In this document: one piece after another, positions 19,466 to 29,251 of the stretch
How the letters are laid out: every line of letters begins with the position of its first letter
Numbering within the stretch: position 1 is the stretch's first letter
Sequence record: PZ445498.1
DNA length: 64,000 bases
Direction: 5' to 3' (one strand)
Source: a phage
Translations under genes and position numbers: made by a program
The notes under the pieces: model-generated
What the model saw: the letters and a program-made list of their open reading frames with translations, nothing else
Told to the model about the DNA's origin: nothing
Database searches by the model: none

Positions 19466-21799
19466 ATGAGCCATCGTATAGAAAAAGTAATTAAACGTGA
19501 CGGTACTGTTCAGGACTTTGCTCCTGAAAAACTCAATGATTGGGCTGCATGGGCATGTAAAGATACTGACGTAAGTTGGTCTGCCGTAGTTATGGCTGCC
19601 CTGAAAAATCTACCCAAAGGTGTTGTAGACTCCGATACACTCCAAGATGTGTTAATTAAAGCCGCTGAAGGTCTTATAAAAGACAATCCAGCATATGATA
19701 CTGTAGCAAAGGAATTACGTCTTGCGCAGATGCGTAAACGCCTATATGATTCCTTCGAACCACCTTCTCTGCGTTTCTTCCACGATCATATGGTTCGTGT
19801 TGGCGCTTGGGAAGACATGAGTGCATGGATTAGCGATGATCAGTTTGATGCTCTGAATCAAGTTATTGATCATGATCGCGATCGTTTATTCACTAGTGGT
19901 GGACTGAAACAGTTCTTCGACAAGTATTCCCGTCGTAATATTGCAACTGGTGAAATTTATGAAACTCCGCAGTTTGCCTACATGGGTATGGCAATGGCGA
20001 TGTTATCTCAACCTAACTGGACAATTCTAGATGCAATCGACCTCTACAATGCAATGTCGCTCCACAAAATCAACGTTCCTACGCCGCCACTGGTTGGTCT
20101 GCGCTCTAGTGACCGTGGATTTGCTAGTTGCTGCCTCGTGGATTCCACTGACACGCTGGATTCAATCGACACAGCCGAGCACATCGTCTTCAAAATGGTC
20201 GCAGCCAGAGCGGGAATCGGGTATCATCTTGAAAGCCGATCAATTGCTGATCCGGTGCGAAATGGGGCATTCCCGCATTCCGGAAAACTGCCATATTATC
20301 GACACATTGACCGATCAGTAAAAGCTAACACTCAGCAAACCCGTGGCGGTTCTGCTACTGTGTCTTATCCATACTTCGATCCTGAAATCATTCAGTTGAT
20401 GCAGGTTAAGCAGCAACGTGCTACAGACGAGAATAAAATCGATAAGATGGATTACTCTCTGAGCTTTAACAACCTTCTATTAAAACGTTACCTGAAAAAC
20501 GAAGATATTACGCTAATGTCCTACTTCTACGCACCAGAAGTTCATGAAGCGTTTTATGGCGAAGATGAGGCTAAGTTTGAAGAAATCTACGTGGCAGCGG
20601 AGAAACGTGTGGCTTCTCTTACAAAGATCGACCACGAAGGAAAAACAATTCCAGCAGCTCCTAGAATCTCTGCAAAAGAAATCCTAGATACTTGGTTACG
20701 TATCCGTATGGAAACAGGGCGTATGTATGCTCATCACATTGGTGAATCTAACCGTCATGGTAACTTCCTTGACCCGATTCGTATGACCAACCTATGTGTT
20801 GAAATTACTCAGCCAACCAGGCCATTCCATCACATTACGGAGCTGTATAAGACCCAAGATCAGTTAGATGATATGCGTCCAGAAGATATTGGCGAAGTAT
20901 CTCTGTGTAACTTAGGTGGAGTTGTACTAGGACGCATGGAATCTCTGGCTGAATGGGAAAAAACTTGCTACATTCTTCTGAAATTCGTTGATACCATCAT
21001 TGAAATTCAGGACTATCCGTTCCCTACTATGGAATACACGGCTAAGAAGCGTCGTAACGTAGGTATTGGTCTGATGAACGCAGCAGGTGCAATGGCAGCA
21101 GAAGGTCTGGCTTACGAAGGTGAAGAAGCCCGTAACTGGATTCACCGTGAAGCTGAGAAACTTTCTTACTTCCTGCATAAAGCCTCTGTACGTCTGGCTA
21201 AAGAACAAGGTGCATGTGACTGGTTTAATCGTACTAAACCATCCAAGGGGACTCTGGTAATCGACACGTATAAGAAAACTGTTGATGAACTGGTAACTGT
21301 AGATCTAGAAATGGATTGGGAATCTCTGCGTGCAGATATTCTGAAATATGGTATGCGTAACTCTGTTCTGACTGCTCAGATGCCCGGTGAAAGTTCCTCT
21401 GTACTGCTAGGTGTTACTAACTCTATCGAACCGCCTCGTAAGATTGTATCTATCAAGGGTAGTGCAGTGAATAAAGTAATTGCAATTGCTCCAGGTGCAA
21501 CTGATTGGGATACATTAATGAGTTATAAACTGGCTTATGATGTAGATCGTATCGAGTGGGTCAAATGGGTAGCAACCATGCAGAAATTCTTCAGTCAGTC
21601 TATAAGTACGAATATGTACTATGACTACACCAAGTTTGAGAATGAAATTATTCCTGGCCCAGTAGTAGTTCGTGATTTCATGACTGCTGTTAAGTACGGT
21701 TGGAAAACTTTCTACTATGCAAACTTTAACACCGAGAATGGTGGTGGTGCAGGGGAAGAAACTGCTGCTGGATGCGCATCTGGTGGTTGTCAATTATAA
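19466..21799 (+). CDS. nrdA: ribonucleoside-diphosphate reductase large subunit
   Basis: ATP-cone start MSHRIEKVIKRDG; start ATG 19466 after promoter 19399-19427 (track ATG 19406 lies inside the promoter spacer). Confidence 0.85.
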   Translation: MSHRIEKVIKRDGTVQDFAPEKLNDWAAWACKDTDVSWSAVVMAALKNLPKGVVDSDTLQDVLIKAAEGLIKDNPAYDTVAKELRLAQMRKRLYDSFEPPSLRFFHDHMVRVGAWEDMSAWISDDQFDALNQVIDHDRDRLFTSGGLKQFFDKYSRRNIATGEIYETPQFAYMGMAMAMLSQPNWTILDAIDLYNAMSLHKINVPTPPLVGLRSSDRGFASCCLVDSTDTLDSIDTAEHIVFKMVAARAGIGYHLESRSIADPVRNGAFPHSGKLPYYRHIDRSVKANTQQTRGGSATVSYPYFDPEIIQLMQVKQQRATDENKIDKMDYSLSFNNLLLKRYLKNEDITLMSYFYAPEVHEAFYGEDEAKFEEIYVAAEKRVASLTKIDHEGKTIPAAPRISAKEILDTWLRIRMETGRMYAHHIGESNRHGNFLDPIRMTNLCVEITQPTRPFHHITELYKTQDQLDDMRPEDIGEVSLCNLGGVVLGRMESLAEWEKTCYILLKFVDTIIEIQDYPFPTMEYTAKKRRNVGIGLMNAAGAMAAEGLAYEGEEARNWIHREAEKLSYFLHKASVRLAKEQGACDWFNRTKPSKGTLVIDTYKKTVDELVTVDLEMDWESLRADILKYGMRNSVLTAQMPGESSSVLLGVTNSIEPPRKIVSIKGSAVNKVIAIAPGATDWDTLMSYKLAYDVDRIEWVKWVATMQKFFSQSISTNMYYDYTKFENEIIPGPVVVRDFMTAVKYGWKTFYYANFNTENGGGAGEETAAGCASGGCQL

Positions 21800-21807
21800 T
21801 AAAAACA

Positions 21808-21838
21808 AGGAGATCTTCGGGTCTCCTTTTTCTTTGAA
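21808..21838 (+). terminator. rho-independent terminator after nrdA
   Basis: Hairpin AGGAGATC-TTCG-GGTCTCCT followed by TTTTTCTTT. Confidence 0.7.
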
Positions 21839-21845
21839 ATTTTAC

Positions 21846-21874
21846 TTGCTAATCGCTACCAGATTTGCTATAAT
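21846..21874 (+). promoter_or_regulatory. early promoter for HNH/nrdB unit
   Basis: TTGCTA-17-TATAAT; AAGGAGA RBS and GTG 21899 follow. Confidence 0.7.
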
Positions 21875-21898
21875 ATCTCTATATTAAGGAGATATACT

Positions 21899-22417
21899 GT
21901 GAAACCTCAACTAACAAAAGAATTTCTAGAGAAATATCTAGAACTCAGAGAAGATACTCTCTATTGGAAGCCAAGAGAGACTAATAAAGGTGGATTTAAT
22001 ACTAGATTTGCTGGAAAACCTGTAGGAGCCGTCAATGGAAATGGCTACCTATGCTTCCGACTTAACGTGGAAGGTTATAGATGGGAATTAAGAAATCATG
22101 TAGTAATCTTCTGTCTCTATTATGGATATTACCCAACTAAGACAGTAGACCATAAAGATACAAATAAACTTAATAACCATCCTTTAAATCTACGAGAATC
22201 AACCGATGCTGGTAATGCCCAAAATAGGGGAGCCGGTAAAAACAATACCCATGGACATAAAAACCTAGAGCCTCTTAGTTCAGGAAACTGGAGGGTTAGG
22301 ATAACACACAACGGTACTGTTTACAGATCTTCCGCAATGCCTCTAGAAAAAGCTCTAGAACATAGAGATATTAAACTTAAAGAATTTCATGGCGAATACG
22401 CTAATAATGGAGAATAA
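21899..22417 (+). CDS. HNH homing endonuclease with AP2-like DNA-binding domain
   Basis: GTG start after AAGGAGA RBS; HNH-like VDHKDTNKLNNH; wedged between nrdA and nrdB; paralogs at 36897 and 55342. Confidence 0.7.
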   Translation: MKPQLTKEFLEKYLELREDTLYWKPRETNKGGFNTRFAGKPVGAVNGNGYLCFRLNVEGYRWELRNHVVIFCLYYGYYPTKTVDHKDTNKLNNHPLNLRESTDAGNAQNRGAGKNNTHGHKNLEPLSSGNWRVRITHNGTVYRSSAMPLEKALEHRDIKLKEFHGEYANNGE

Positions 22418-22420
22418 TTA

Positions 22421-23566
22421 ATGACAACCTTACTAAATCTGAACTGGAATCCTGATTCTGAAGAGCTATTTCTCGGAGATGCCCTGGGAGTAGCAGACTA
22501 TGTTCGTGTTGCTCATCCAGAGCTAGAACGACTCGCACTATTACAGAGGAGCCAGTTTTGGACTGAAACTGAAATCAGTCTAGAAAGTGACAAAAAGCAA
22601 TGGCCTAATCTTCCAAGAGAAATACAAGAAATCACTCTGCTGAACTTAGCTTGGCAGGTTCAAACAGATTCTTTCATTAGTCGTGCTCCTGAGGCAGCTA
22701 TTATGCCACTTGTAAGCCGTCCTGAATTGGAAGGTATGCTCAAGCAGTGGAGCTACTTCGAAGATCTGCATAGCCGTGCATATAGTAACATTATTCGTAA
22801 CGTTCTGACTGATCCAGCAGAATTTATTGATTCTGTAACTAAAAACCAAGAAGCATTTGCACGTATCGCAGATTCTGTTGAACTGTTTGATGAATTGTAT
22901 CTGTTAGGCCAGTATTTCCTTGCAGTACGTGATCATCGTGGTGATAATACTTATCCAGAAACTGAGTTCCCTGAAGTTAAACGTGAAACTCAGGCTAAAC
23001 TGTTAGACGCTTACTTTGCAATCTACGGTCTGGAAGCAATGCAGTTCTACGCATCCTTTGCATGTACCTTTGCTCTAGCAGAGAACGATATTCTGCAAGG
23101 TATTGCTAAGAACCTGCAATTAATCGCTAAAGATGAAGCTCTACATACTCAAATGTCTAAAGCTATCATCCAGATTATGTTCCAGCAGTTTGATAAAGAT
23201 CTGGTAGATGAAGCATTAGCTAAAGCACCAACACAACTCCTAAAAACTCTGAAAACTGAGATTGAATGGGGTCACTTTATCTTTAAAGGCCGTAGTCTGA
23301 TTGGTTTGAACGCAGAACTGCTTGAAGAATACCTTTACTTTGTAGGACGTAACGCATTTATGCACATTGGTGTAGAATGGCCAAGCCACTTACCTGTAAT
23401 TACTAAGAACCCTATTCCGTGGATTATGAACTGGCTGGATACTACTTCCTTACAGCCTGCCCCACAAGAAATCCAGATTGGTGCAGCATATCGTGTGGGT
23501 CAGGTAACTGAAACTTCTGCTGATACCCTGAAAGATCTGGGTAACGAATTTGAGGGCATGTTCTAA
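22421..23566 (+). CDS. nrdB: ribonucleoside-diphosphate reductase small subunit
   Basis: 381 aa, R2 family iron-ligand and tyrosyl radical region; immediately after the HNH gene. Confidence 0.85.
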   Translation: MTTLLNLNWNPDSEELFLGDALGVADYVRVAHPELERLALLQRSQFWTETEISLESDKKQWPNLPREIQEITLLNLAWQVQTDSFISRAPEAAIMPLVSRPELEGMLKQWSYFEDLHSRAYSNIIRNVLTDPAEFIDSVTKNQEAFARIADSVELFDELYLLGQYFLAVRDHRGDNTYPETEFPEVKRETQAKLLDAYFAIYGLEAMQFYASFACTFALAENDILQGIAKNLQLIAKDEALHTQMSKAIIQIMFQQFDKDLVDEALAKAPTQLLKTLKTEIEWGHFIFKGRSLIGLNAELLEEYLYFVGRNAFMHIGVEWPSHLPVITKNPIPWIMNWLDTTSLQPAPQEIQIGAAYRVGQVTETSADTLKDLGNEFEGMF

Positions 23567-24096
23567 TGATAGCAGCAATCTATGCAACTGGGCCGAATGG
23601 GGAGTTCGGCCTCAATGGTAAACTCCCTTGGGGTTCTTTCAAAGAAGAACTAAATACTTTCTATGCTACTTTGGATTCTCTAGCACCTGATAATATTATT
23701 GTAGGAGCAGGAACTTGGTTAGCCTTCCCTGAGACTCTGCAAAAAAGAATACTAGGAGATTCTGACCTATTTATTTATGCAAATAGACCACTACCTAACT
23801 CTGTAGGATCAGCTACACGCATAAGCAACATTGGATACCGTCTGCCTGATTTTCTCAAGGAAGAGGTAACTGTAGTATTAGGGGGAGCAACTCTGCTTCT
23901 TGAAATGTATGTCAAAAATCATCTAGATATGGCGTATATCTCTACTATTACTTCAGCCACACCATTATCTGCTGATGTACATCTGCATCATCATATTACT
24001 TTAACTAATTCAATGGCAACTAGAATGGACTATGTGGCAGGACAGAATGCAGATAAAACGCTTTCATTCTTACAAGAATTGGTGATATTTAAATGA
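23566..24096 (+). CDS. frd: dihydrofolate reductase
   Basis: N-terminal [25 protein letters not shown] signature. Confidence 0.8.
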   Translation: MIAAIYATGPNGEFGLNGKLPWGSFKEELNTFYATLDSLAPDNIIVGAGTWLAFPETLQKRILGDSDLFIYANRPLPNSVGSATRISNIGYRLPDFLKEEVTVVLGGATLLLEMYVKNHLDMAYISTITSATPLSADVHLHHHITLTNSMATRMDYVAGQNADKTLSFLQELVIFK

Positions 24097-24947
24097 AGCA
24101 ATATATTGAAACTGGAAAACGTATTCTTGAAGAGGGTGTATGGGTAACGAATCCTAGAACAGGGGTTCGTTGCCTAACCATTATTGATGCAGACTTTACC
24201 TTTAACGTAGGAGCAGGAGAACTGCCGCTAGTAACTACTCGTAAAGCATTTGCTAAACAAGCAATAATGGAAATGATCGGATATCTCCGTGGGTACGACT
24301 CAGCAGCACAATTCCGCGCTATTGGTGTTAATACATGGAATGCTAATGCAAATGAAAATATTGCCTGGCTAGGTAATCCATTCCGTAAAGGCGAGGATGA
24401 TATGGGACGAGTTTATGGTGTTCAAGGACGTCATTGGACTAATTCTGATGGTATGGTATTTGATCAGTTAGCCAAAGTCTATCATAATTTGAAAAGAGGG
24501 ATTGACGATCGTGGAGAAATTTTAACTTTTTGGAACCCTGGGGAATTTCGTAAAGGATGCCTACGTCCATGTATGCATACCCATCAATTCTCTATTTTAG
24601 GTGATACACTATACCTAAACTCTTTCCAGAGGTCTAATGATTTCTTGCTGGGCCAAGTATTTAATATGGTGCAATGCTATGCACTTCTAGCTATTATGGC
24701 ACAGATTACAGGTCTTAAGCCAGGTATTGCTCGTCAAAAGATTATTAATCTTCATATCTATGAAGATCAGTATAATGTTCTGATGGAGCACAAGCAATTC
24801 GATCGTGAACCTTTTGCACCTCCTACTTTAGAAATCAATCCAAATATTAGAACTTTGGATGATGTATTAACGTGGGTAAGTAAGGATGATTTTACTGTTC
24901 GTGGCTATGAACACCATCCTGCTATTGCATATCCATTTACGGTGTAA
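24093..24947 (+). CDS. thyA: thymidylate synthase
   Basis: 284 aa; ThyA-like catalytic Cys region [10 protein letters not shown] and conserved flanks. Confidence 0.85.
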   Translation: MKQYIETGKRILEEGVWVTNPRTGVRCLTIIDADFTFNVGAGELPLVTTRKAFAKQAIMEMIGYLRGYDSAAQFRAIGVNTWNANANENIAWLGNPFRKGEDDMGRVYGVQGRHWTNSDGMVFDQLAKVYHNLKRGIDDRGEILTFWNPGEFRKGCLRPCMHTHQFSILGDTLYLNSFQRSNDFLLGQVFNMVQCYALLAIMAQITGLKPGIARQKIINLHIYEDQYNVLMEHKQFDREPFAPPTLEINPNIRTLDDVLTWVSKDDFTVRGYEHHPAIAYPFTV

Positions 24948-24950
24948 CAT

Positions 24951-25304
24951 ATGTTAATTATACTATTATTTGTCATATTCTTTCTAAAACATTTTATGGC
25001 CGATTATCCACTCCAAACACCATATATGCTAAGAAAGACGCATAAAATAGGGTGGAAACTTCCATTATTAACCCATTCGCTAGTACATGCTGGATTAACA
25101 TTTGCAATTCTAATCCTATTCACATCACCAGGAATGTCTATAGCTTTAGCTATTATGGAATTAATTCTACACTTTATTATAGATTATTGGAAAGCACAAC
25201 GCTGTAAATACGCTATAAGCGATGCTAAGTTTTGGATAGCTTTAGGATTTGATCAGTTACTACATTATCTGACATACGCCCTAATAATCTTGATTATAAT
25301 CTAA
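24951..25304 (+). CDS. hypothetical membrane protein
   Basis: 117 aa with three hydrophobic segments; terminator follows. Confidence 0.5.
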   Translation: MLIILLFVIFFLKHFMADYPLQTPYMLRKTHKIGWKLPLLTHSLVHAGLTFAILILFTSPGMSIALAIMELILHFIIDYWKAQRCKYAISDAKFWIALGFDQLLHYLTYALIILIII

Positions 25305-25332
25305 TTCAAATAGCCCTTCGGGGCTATTATAT
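25305..25332 (+). terminator. rho-independent terminator
   Basis: Hairpin TAGCCC-TTCG-GGGCTA followed by T-rich tract. Confidence 0.65.
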
Positions 25333-25343
25333 TTAAATTTCAT

Positions 25344-25372
25344 TTGCTTACTGAGTGAAATTCAAATATAAT
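25344..25372 (+). promoter_or_regulatory. early promoter
   Basis: TTGCTT-17-TATAAT after terminator. Confidence 0.7.
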
Positions 25373-25402
25373 ATACTTCTAATTTGACAGAAGGATTTAA
25401 TA

Positions 25403-25981
25403 ATGACAGCCATAGTAGCATTTAAATATAAAGATAAAGTATACTTAGCTGGTGATCGTATGGGTTCTAATGGCTATACGAAACTGCTGGTTAAAAATCC
25501 GAAAGTATTCAAAATCTCTGATGATTTGTACTTCGGATACACTAGTTCCTTCTACATGGGACAATTACTAGAGCATAGCTTTACTGTACCACCACGTTTA
25601 GCAGATATTTCTGATGATAAATATTTATACACGGAAATAGTACCTAAATTACGTGATATGTTTAACCAGAAAGATTTTGGCGAAAAGAAAAATGAAAAAT
25701 ATGCTGAACCTAATCTGGGACAATTTATTATGCTCTACAAAGGAAGAATCTTTATTTTCCAATCTAATGCTTCTATTCTAGAAGTTGAATATGCCGGTGT
25801 AGGCTGTGGAGGAGAAGATGTACTTTCCAGTATTCGTACAGGTTTAGCTATTGCGGATTGTCGAGCCACAGATTTAGATGTAGATGATATATTTGAAATC
25901 ATTGATCTGGCTTTTACGCATTGTGCAGATTATATGTGTGGTGTATCTTCTCAACATGATGTTTTAGTAATTGGAGAATAA
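25403..25981 (+). CDS. hypothetical protein, possibly Ntn-hydrolase (HslV/proteasome-like)
   Basis: N-terminus MTAIVAF... resembles Thr-1 nucleophile start of HslV-type peptidases; weak. Confidence 0.4.
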   Translation: MTAIVAFKYKDKVYLAGDRMGSNGYTKLLVKNPKVFKISDDLYFGYTSSFYMGQLLEHSFTVPPRLADISDDKYLYTEIVPKLRDMFNQKDFGEKKNEKYAEPNLGQFIMLYKGRIFIFQSNASILEVEYAGVGCGGEDVLSSIRTGLAIADCRATDLDVDDIFEIIDLAFTHCADYMCGVSSQHDVLVIGE

Positions 25982-25983
25982 AT

Positions 25984-26253
25984 ATGTCTATTCTTTTATC
26001 TGCTCTAGAAGCAAAACAAAATACTATTGCTAGCATTAAAAAGGAAGTAATTGACCTAGAATCACTTATTGCCGTAGAGATTGACAAAGCTATTAAAGAT
26101 AAAGAATTTAATTGTCACATCCAGGGATTAACTGAATACTCAGAAAACGCTAGAAATAGCGTCATGCAAAAACTTAGCAAACTAGGTTATGTTGTGGAAG
26201 CTAAGTATGAGCAACGTGAAGGTTTTTGGCTTGAAATTGATTGGAGCAAATAA
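25984..26253 (+). CDS. hypothetical protein
   Basis: 89 aa ORF. Confidence 0.5.
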   Translation: MSILLSALEAKQNTIASIKKEVIDLESLIAVEIDKAIKDKEFNCHIQGLTEYSENARNSVMQKLSKLGYVVEAKYEQREGFWLEIDWSK

Positions 26254-26729
26254 TGTCGGTTTTCCACATATATACAGATGGTGCATGTAAAGGCAATCCT
26301 GGTTTAGGTGCGTGGGGATTCGTTGTCTATAATGATAATGATGATCGTATTGGCTCTAAATCTGGCTTCAGCCCTAAAACTACTAATAACGAAATGGAAC
26401 TTACTGCAATTGTAGAAGTTCTTCGTTGGTCTACTAAGAAAGATAATCGTCCAGTAATTATCTACACTGATTCTGCTTACTGCAAAAATGGTATGGAAAG
26501 CTGGATGTGGTCTTGGCAGAAGAAAGGCTGGAAGAAGGGAGATGGTGAAACTCCTCTTAATCTAGAACTCTGGCAAGAAGCATTTAAACTAACTCAACAG
26601 TATATTAACTTCCATGATACCAATCCAACCTTTGTTAAGGTTAAAGGTCACTCAGGTATTCGTGGTAATGAAGAAGTTGATGCTCTATGCAATACTGTAA
26701 TTACTGAGCAAGAACTTGCTGAGATGTAA
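26253..26729 (+). CDS. rnhA: ribonuclease H
   Basis: RNase H motifs YTDGACKGNPG, TDSAY, GHSGIRGNEEVD; ATG 26253 with GGAG RBS. Confidence 0.8.
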   Translation: MSVFHIYTDGACKGNPGLGAWGFVVYNDNDDRIGSKSGFSPKTTNNEMELTAIVEVLRWSTKKDNRPVIIYTDSAYCKNGMESWMWSWQKKGWKKGDGETPLNLELWQEAFKLTQQYINFHDTNPTFVKVKGHSGIRGNEEVDALCNTVITEQELAEM

Positions 26730-26749
26730 TAAATAATTTAAAAATTCAC

Positions 26750-26778
26750 TTGCTTAAAGCCCTCGAATTTAGTATAAT
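26750..26778 (+). promoter_or_regulatory. early promoter
   Basis: AAAAATTCAC-TTGCTT-17-TATAAT. Confidence 0.7.
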
Positions 26779-26805
26779 ATTCGTATTGAAAGTGAGGAGG
26801 GCTTT

Positions 26806-27084
26806 ATGCGAATTTACAACTCAAATTCATTAGGATTTAAACCTTTGAGAAAACGCGCACAATCTCCGCGTCAGATCAGAAAGGCAAATATTGGTGAGCC
26901 AGAAACTAGGCTTCCACCACCTCCGGAGCAGCGTCTAGTTTATCTAGATGAAGAATTAGCCGAAAGGGAACGCAAAGCTCAAGAAGAAATTGAGCGCAAG
27001 AAACTGTGTACTGCTCCTGCATATAACAAGGGTGGTTATCAGTACGTTTCCAGTGAGGAACAAGCTAAGATGATCGGCAGATAA
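26806..27084 (+). CDS. hypothetical protein
   Basis: 92 aa ORF after early promoter. Confidence 0.5.
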   Translation: MRIYNSNSLGFKPLRKRAQSPRQIRKANIGEPETRLPPPPEQRLVYLDEELAERERKAQEEIERKKLCTAPAYNKGGYQYVSSEEQAKMIGR

Positions 27085-27100
27085 TTTTTAAAAAATTCAT

Positions 27101-27129
27101 TTGCTAAACGCTTCAAAATTTCGTATAAT
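27101..27129 (+). promoter_or_regulatory. early promoter
   Basis: TTGCTA-17-TATAAT plus CTCATAAATTGATCAAC leader. Confidence 0.75.
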
Positions 27130-27167
27130 ATATCTCATAAATTGATCAACAAAAAGGAAAACAAATA

Positions 27168-27683
27168 ATGGCTAAGCAGAAAAACGCAAAAACTCAGGCA
27201 GCTCCGGCAGTTAAAACTTTCGCTCAGACCGAAGCCAATCGTAAGGCTCGTCTGGAACGTCATCTGCGTAAGCATCCTACTGATGCTCAGGCTCAGACTG
27301 CCCTGAAGTCTGCGGCTCCGGTTCGCCAGAAGCCGAAGGCCAAGAACTCTACTCGCGCAACTGCTAAGCAGGTTGTGTTCATCAAGGGTGAAGGTCATAA
27401 GTCTGTACCTGTAACTCTGAGCTTTAACGGCGGTGCTGAGATGTTCGCCCGCAACGGTATGGCTCTGAAAGACTACGAAAAAGCAGTCAATCAGAAGCGT
27501 AAGCCAATGGCTGACGTAATGCGTGAATCCCGTGGACAGTTTGGCTCCGTTAAACCGAATATTTTCGGTGTAGAGTATAGCCGTGACAACGTTCGCGCTC
27601 TGTGCTACGGTATCGGTATTAAGTTTACTGGTGCTTCTGATCGTAAATCCGCTAAACCTACTCGTAAGCGTAAAGCGAAGTAA
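27168..27683 (+). CDS. hypothetical basic (Lys/Arg-rich) protein
   Basis: 171 aa; promoter and RBS on plus strand; the overlapping 190 aa minus-strand ORF is taken as shadow. Confidence 0.55.
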   Translation: MAKQKNAKTQAAPAVKTFAQTEANRKARLERHLRKHPTDAQAQTALKSAAPVRQKPKAKNSTRATAKQVVFIKGEGHKSVPVTLSFNGGAEMFARNGMALKDYEKAVNQKRKPMADVMRESRGQFGSVKPNIFGVEYSRDNVRALCYGIGIKFTGASDRKSAKPTRKRKAK

Positions 27684-27690
27684 TGATTGA

Positions 27691-27705
27691 GGGGGCGAAA
27701 GCCCC
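27691..27705 (+). terminator. GNRA-loop hairpin, possible terminator/attenuator (copy 1)
   Basis: GGGGGCGAAAGCCCC; identical copy at 27970-27984; weak T-run. Confidence 0.4.
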
Positions 27706-27744
27706 ATATACTAACTCTTTCTCTGACTAATCAAGGATATTTTT

Positions 27745-27960
27745 ATGTTCTCTAAGAAACCACGTTCCGTTACTGAAATCGTTGCTTCCTTTACCACTAT
27801 TACTGATGAACTTCAAGCTCGTATTGAAGCTGACCAGAAAACTGCTGCTGATATTCAGAAACAGCAGGAAGAACTCGCTCTGAAACTGGCTGAAACCAAT
27901 AAGAGTGAAAAATCTGCTCAAACTATTAAGGAAAATATCCTTAAACTGCTGGGCAAGTAA
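27745..27960 (+). CDS. hypothetical small coiled-coil protein
   Basis: 71 aa ORF flanked by two identical GGGGGCGAAAGCCCC hairpins. Confidence 0.5.
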   Translation: MFSKKPRSVTEIVASFTTITDELQARIEADQKTAADIQKQQEELALKLAETNKSEKSAQTIKENILKLLGK

Positions 27961-27969
27961 TTTAAATCA

Positions 27970-27984
27970 GGGGGCGAAAGCCCC
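27970..27984 (+). terminator. GNRA-loop hairpin, possible terminator/attenuator (copy 2)
   Basis: GGGGGCGAAAGCCCC followed by TCTTATTT. Confidence 0.45.
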
Positions 27985-28001
27985 TCTTATTTGGAGAAAC
28001 T

Positions 28002-28214
28002 ATGCGTAACTTCGTTGCAAAGAATGATTTTAACCGTGCTAGCACTCACAAGTCTGCTAGAGACTACACTCGTCTTTCTAAACATGAGCTTCTAGAAGAG
28101 ATCATGGAAGAAAACTGGGATGTTAACGAAAATGGAACAGACCTGTTTGAAGAAGAGGAACTTCCTCTGAAAGACCCCAAACAGTGGGAGTCTATTAAAG
28201 AGACAGCTCTTTAA
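28002..28214 (+). CDS. hypothetical small acidic protein
   Basis: 70 aa ORF. Confidence 0.45.
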   Translation: MRNFVAKNDFNRASTHKSARDYTRLSKHELLEEIMEENWDVNENGTDLFEEEELPLKDPKQWESIKETAL

Positions 28215-28244
28215 TAGTTTTCTACAACAATAAAGGACATAATT

Positions 28245-28946
28245 ATGAAATTCAAGCCCTTTGGTATGCTGGACATTGAATCTCTAGGTACTCCAGGAAA
28301 TTGCGGTACTACTCATATTGCAATGCCTTCTTTCGCTTTTGTAGCTATGCACGGAATTGATAAAGATCCTGATCTGGTATTCGTTACTCTAGACGTTCAA
28401 GATCAGCTTAATGCGGGTGCTAAGGTAACTGCCTCTACTATTGCATTCTGGATGGATCAAGCTAAAAACAGTCCATCTGCGCTCCATATTATGGAGGCTC
28501 TGAACGGTCGCAATCCAAAACTGATTGCCTTCCGTGATGGTAAGCATCACTGCACTAATGATGTAGGCTCCAATTACGCTGCCTTCTCTATGGCTCAGAA
28601 CATTATGGAATTGTCTCTAGGAGATAATGCTCTGTATTACGGCAATGGCCCAGAGTTTGATATGACTATCTACTCTGCAAATACGTTCCATGCCGGAACC
28701 CATGAAGAAATAGTTCCGTGGAAATTCTGGAACTTAGGTAACGTTCGATCTTTCCGTAATCAGTGGATGCAAGCTGGTTATACTTATAAAGATCTAGAAG
28801 CCGAAGGTGCTAGCTGGGCAAAAGCTAAAATGGAAAAGATGGACACCATTCGTTATGGAATCTATCCTGTGAAGCATGATCCAGCATTTGATGCTTTAGT
28901 TGAAAGTTATTGTGTAGCCGTCATGATCGAAAAAATCAAAATTTGA
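28245..28946 (+). CDS. hypothetical protein, possible DEDD-type 3'-5' exonuclease
   Basis: N-terminal LDIESLG and C-terminal H..D pattern; weak. Confidence 0.45.
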   Translation: MKFKPFGMLDIESLGTPGNCGTTHIAMPSFAFVAMHGIDKDPDLVFVTLDVQDQLNAGAKVTASTIAFWMDQAKNSPSALHIMEALNGRNPKLIAFRDGKHHCTNDVGSNYAAFSMAQNIMELSLGDNALYYGNGPEFDMTIYSANTFHAGTHEEIVPWKFWNLGNVRSFRNQWMQAGYTYKDLEAEGASWAKAKMEKMDTIRYGIYPVKHDPAFDALVESYCVAVMIEKIKI

Positions 28947-28947
28947 T

Positions 28948-28976
28948 TTGCTTTCAGCTCCAAAATTCTGTATAAT
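28948..28976 (+). promoter_or_regulatory. early promoter
   Basis: TTGCTT-17-TATAAT plus TCATAAATTTGAGAGAAC leader. Confidence 0.75.
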
Positions 28977-29016
28977 ATATTCATAAATTTGAGAGAACAA
29001 CAAAAGGAAAATAATT

Positions 29017-29199
29017 ATGCCAGTATCTAAAAACGTCCGTAAAAATGGTAAAGTAGCAAAACGTAACCTGGGTCTGCGTCGTATGGCTGAGCGTCAGTCC
29101 GGCATCCAGAAAATCTTTAATGTGCTGAATCGCGCCAACCCGAATATTGATAACAGTTCTGATACTGTTCTGCGCACTCTGCTGGCAATCGGTCTGTAA
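29017..29199 (+). CDS. hypothetical small basic protein
   Basis: 60 aa ORF after promoter 28948-28976. Confidence 0.45.
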   Translation: MPVSKNVRKNGKVAKRNLGLRRMAERQSGIQKIFNVLNRANPNIDNSSDTVLRTLLAIGL

Positions 29200-29251
29200 T
29201 AGACTGTTTTTTAAAACAAATTCAAATCTCAAACTTCATATAAGGAAGCAA

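Noticed and set aside
20031-21793. Small ORFs inside and antisense to nrdA (20031-20321, 20927-21208, 21515-21793)
   Set aside because: Fully embedded in a long conserved coding frame with no independent expression signals
26756-26805. Complementarity between promoter spacer and leader (AAGCCCTC / GAGGGCTT; similar at 48202-48252 and 46077-46122)
   Set aside because: The spacer is upstream of the transcription start, so it cannot pair within the RNA; probably a consequence of reused sequence blocks
27135-27707. 190 aa minus-strand ORF fully overlapping the plus-strand gene 27168-27683
   Set aside because: The plus-strand ORF has a consensus promoter, RBS and highly expressed-type codon usage; the minus ORF looks like a shadow frame with odd composition
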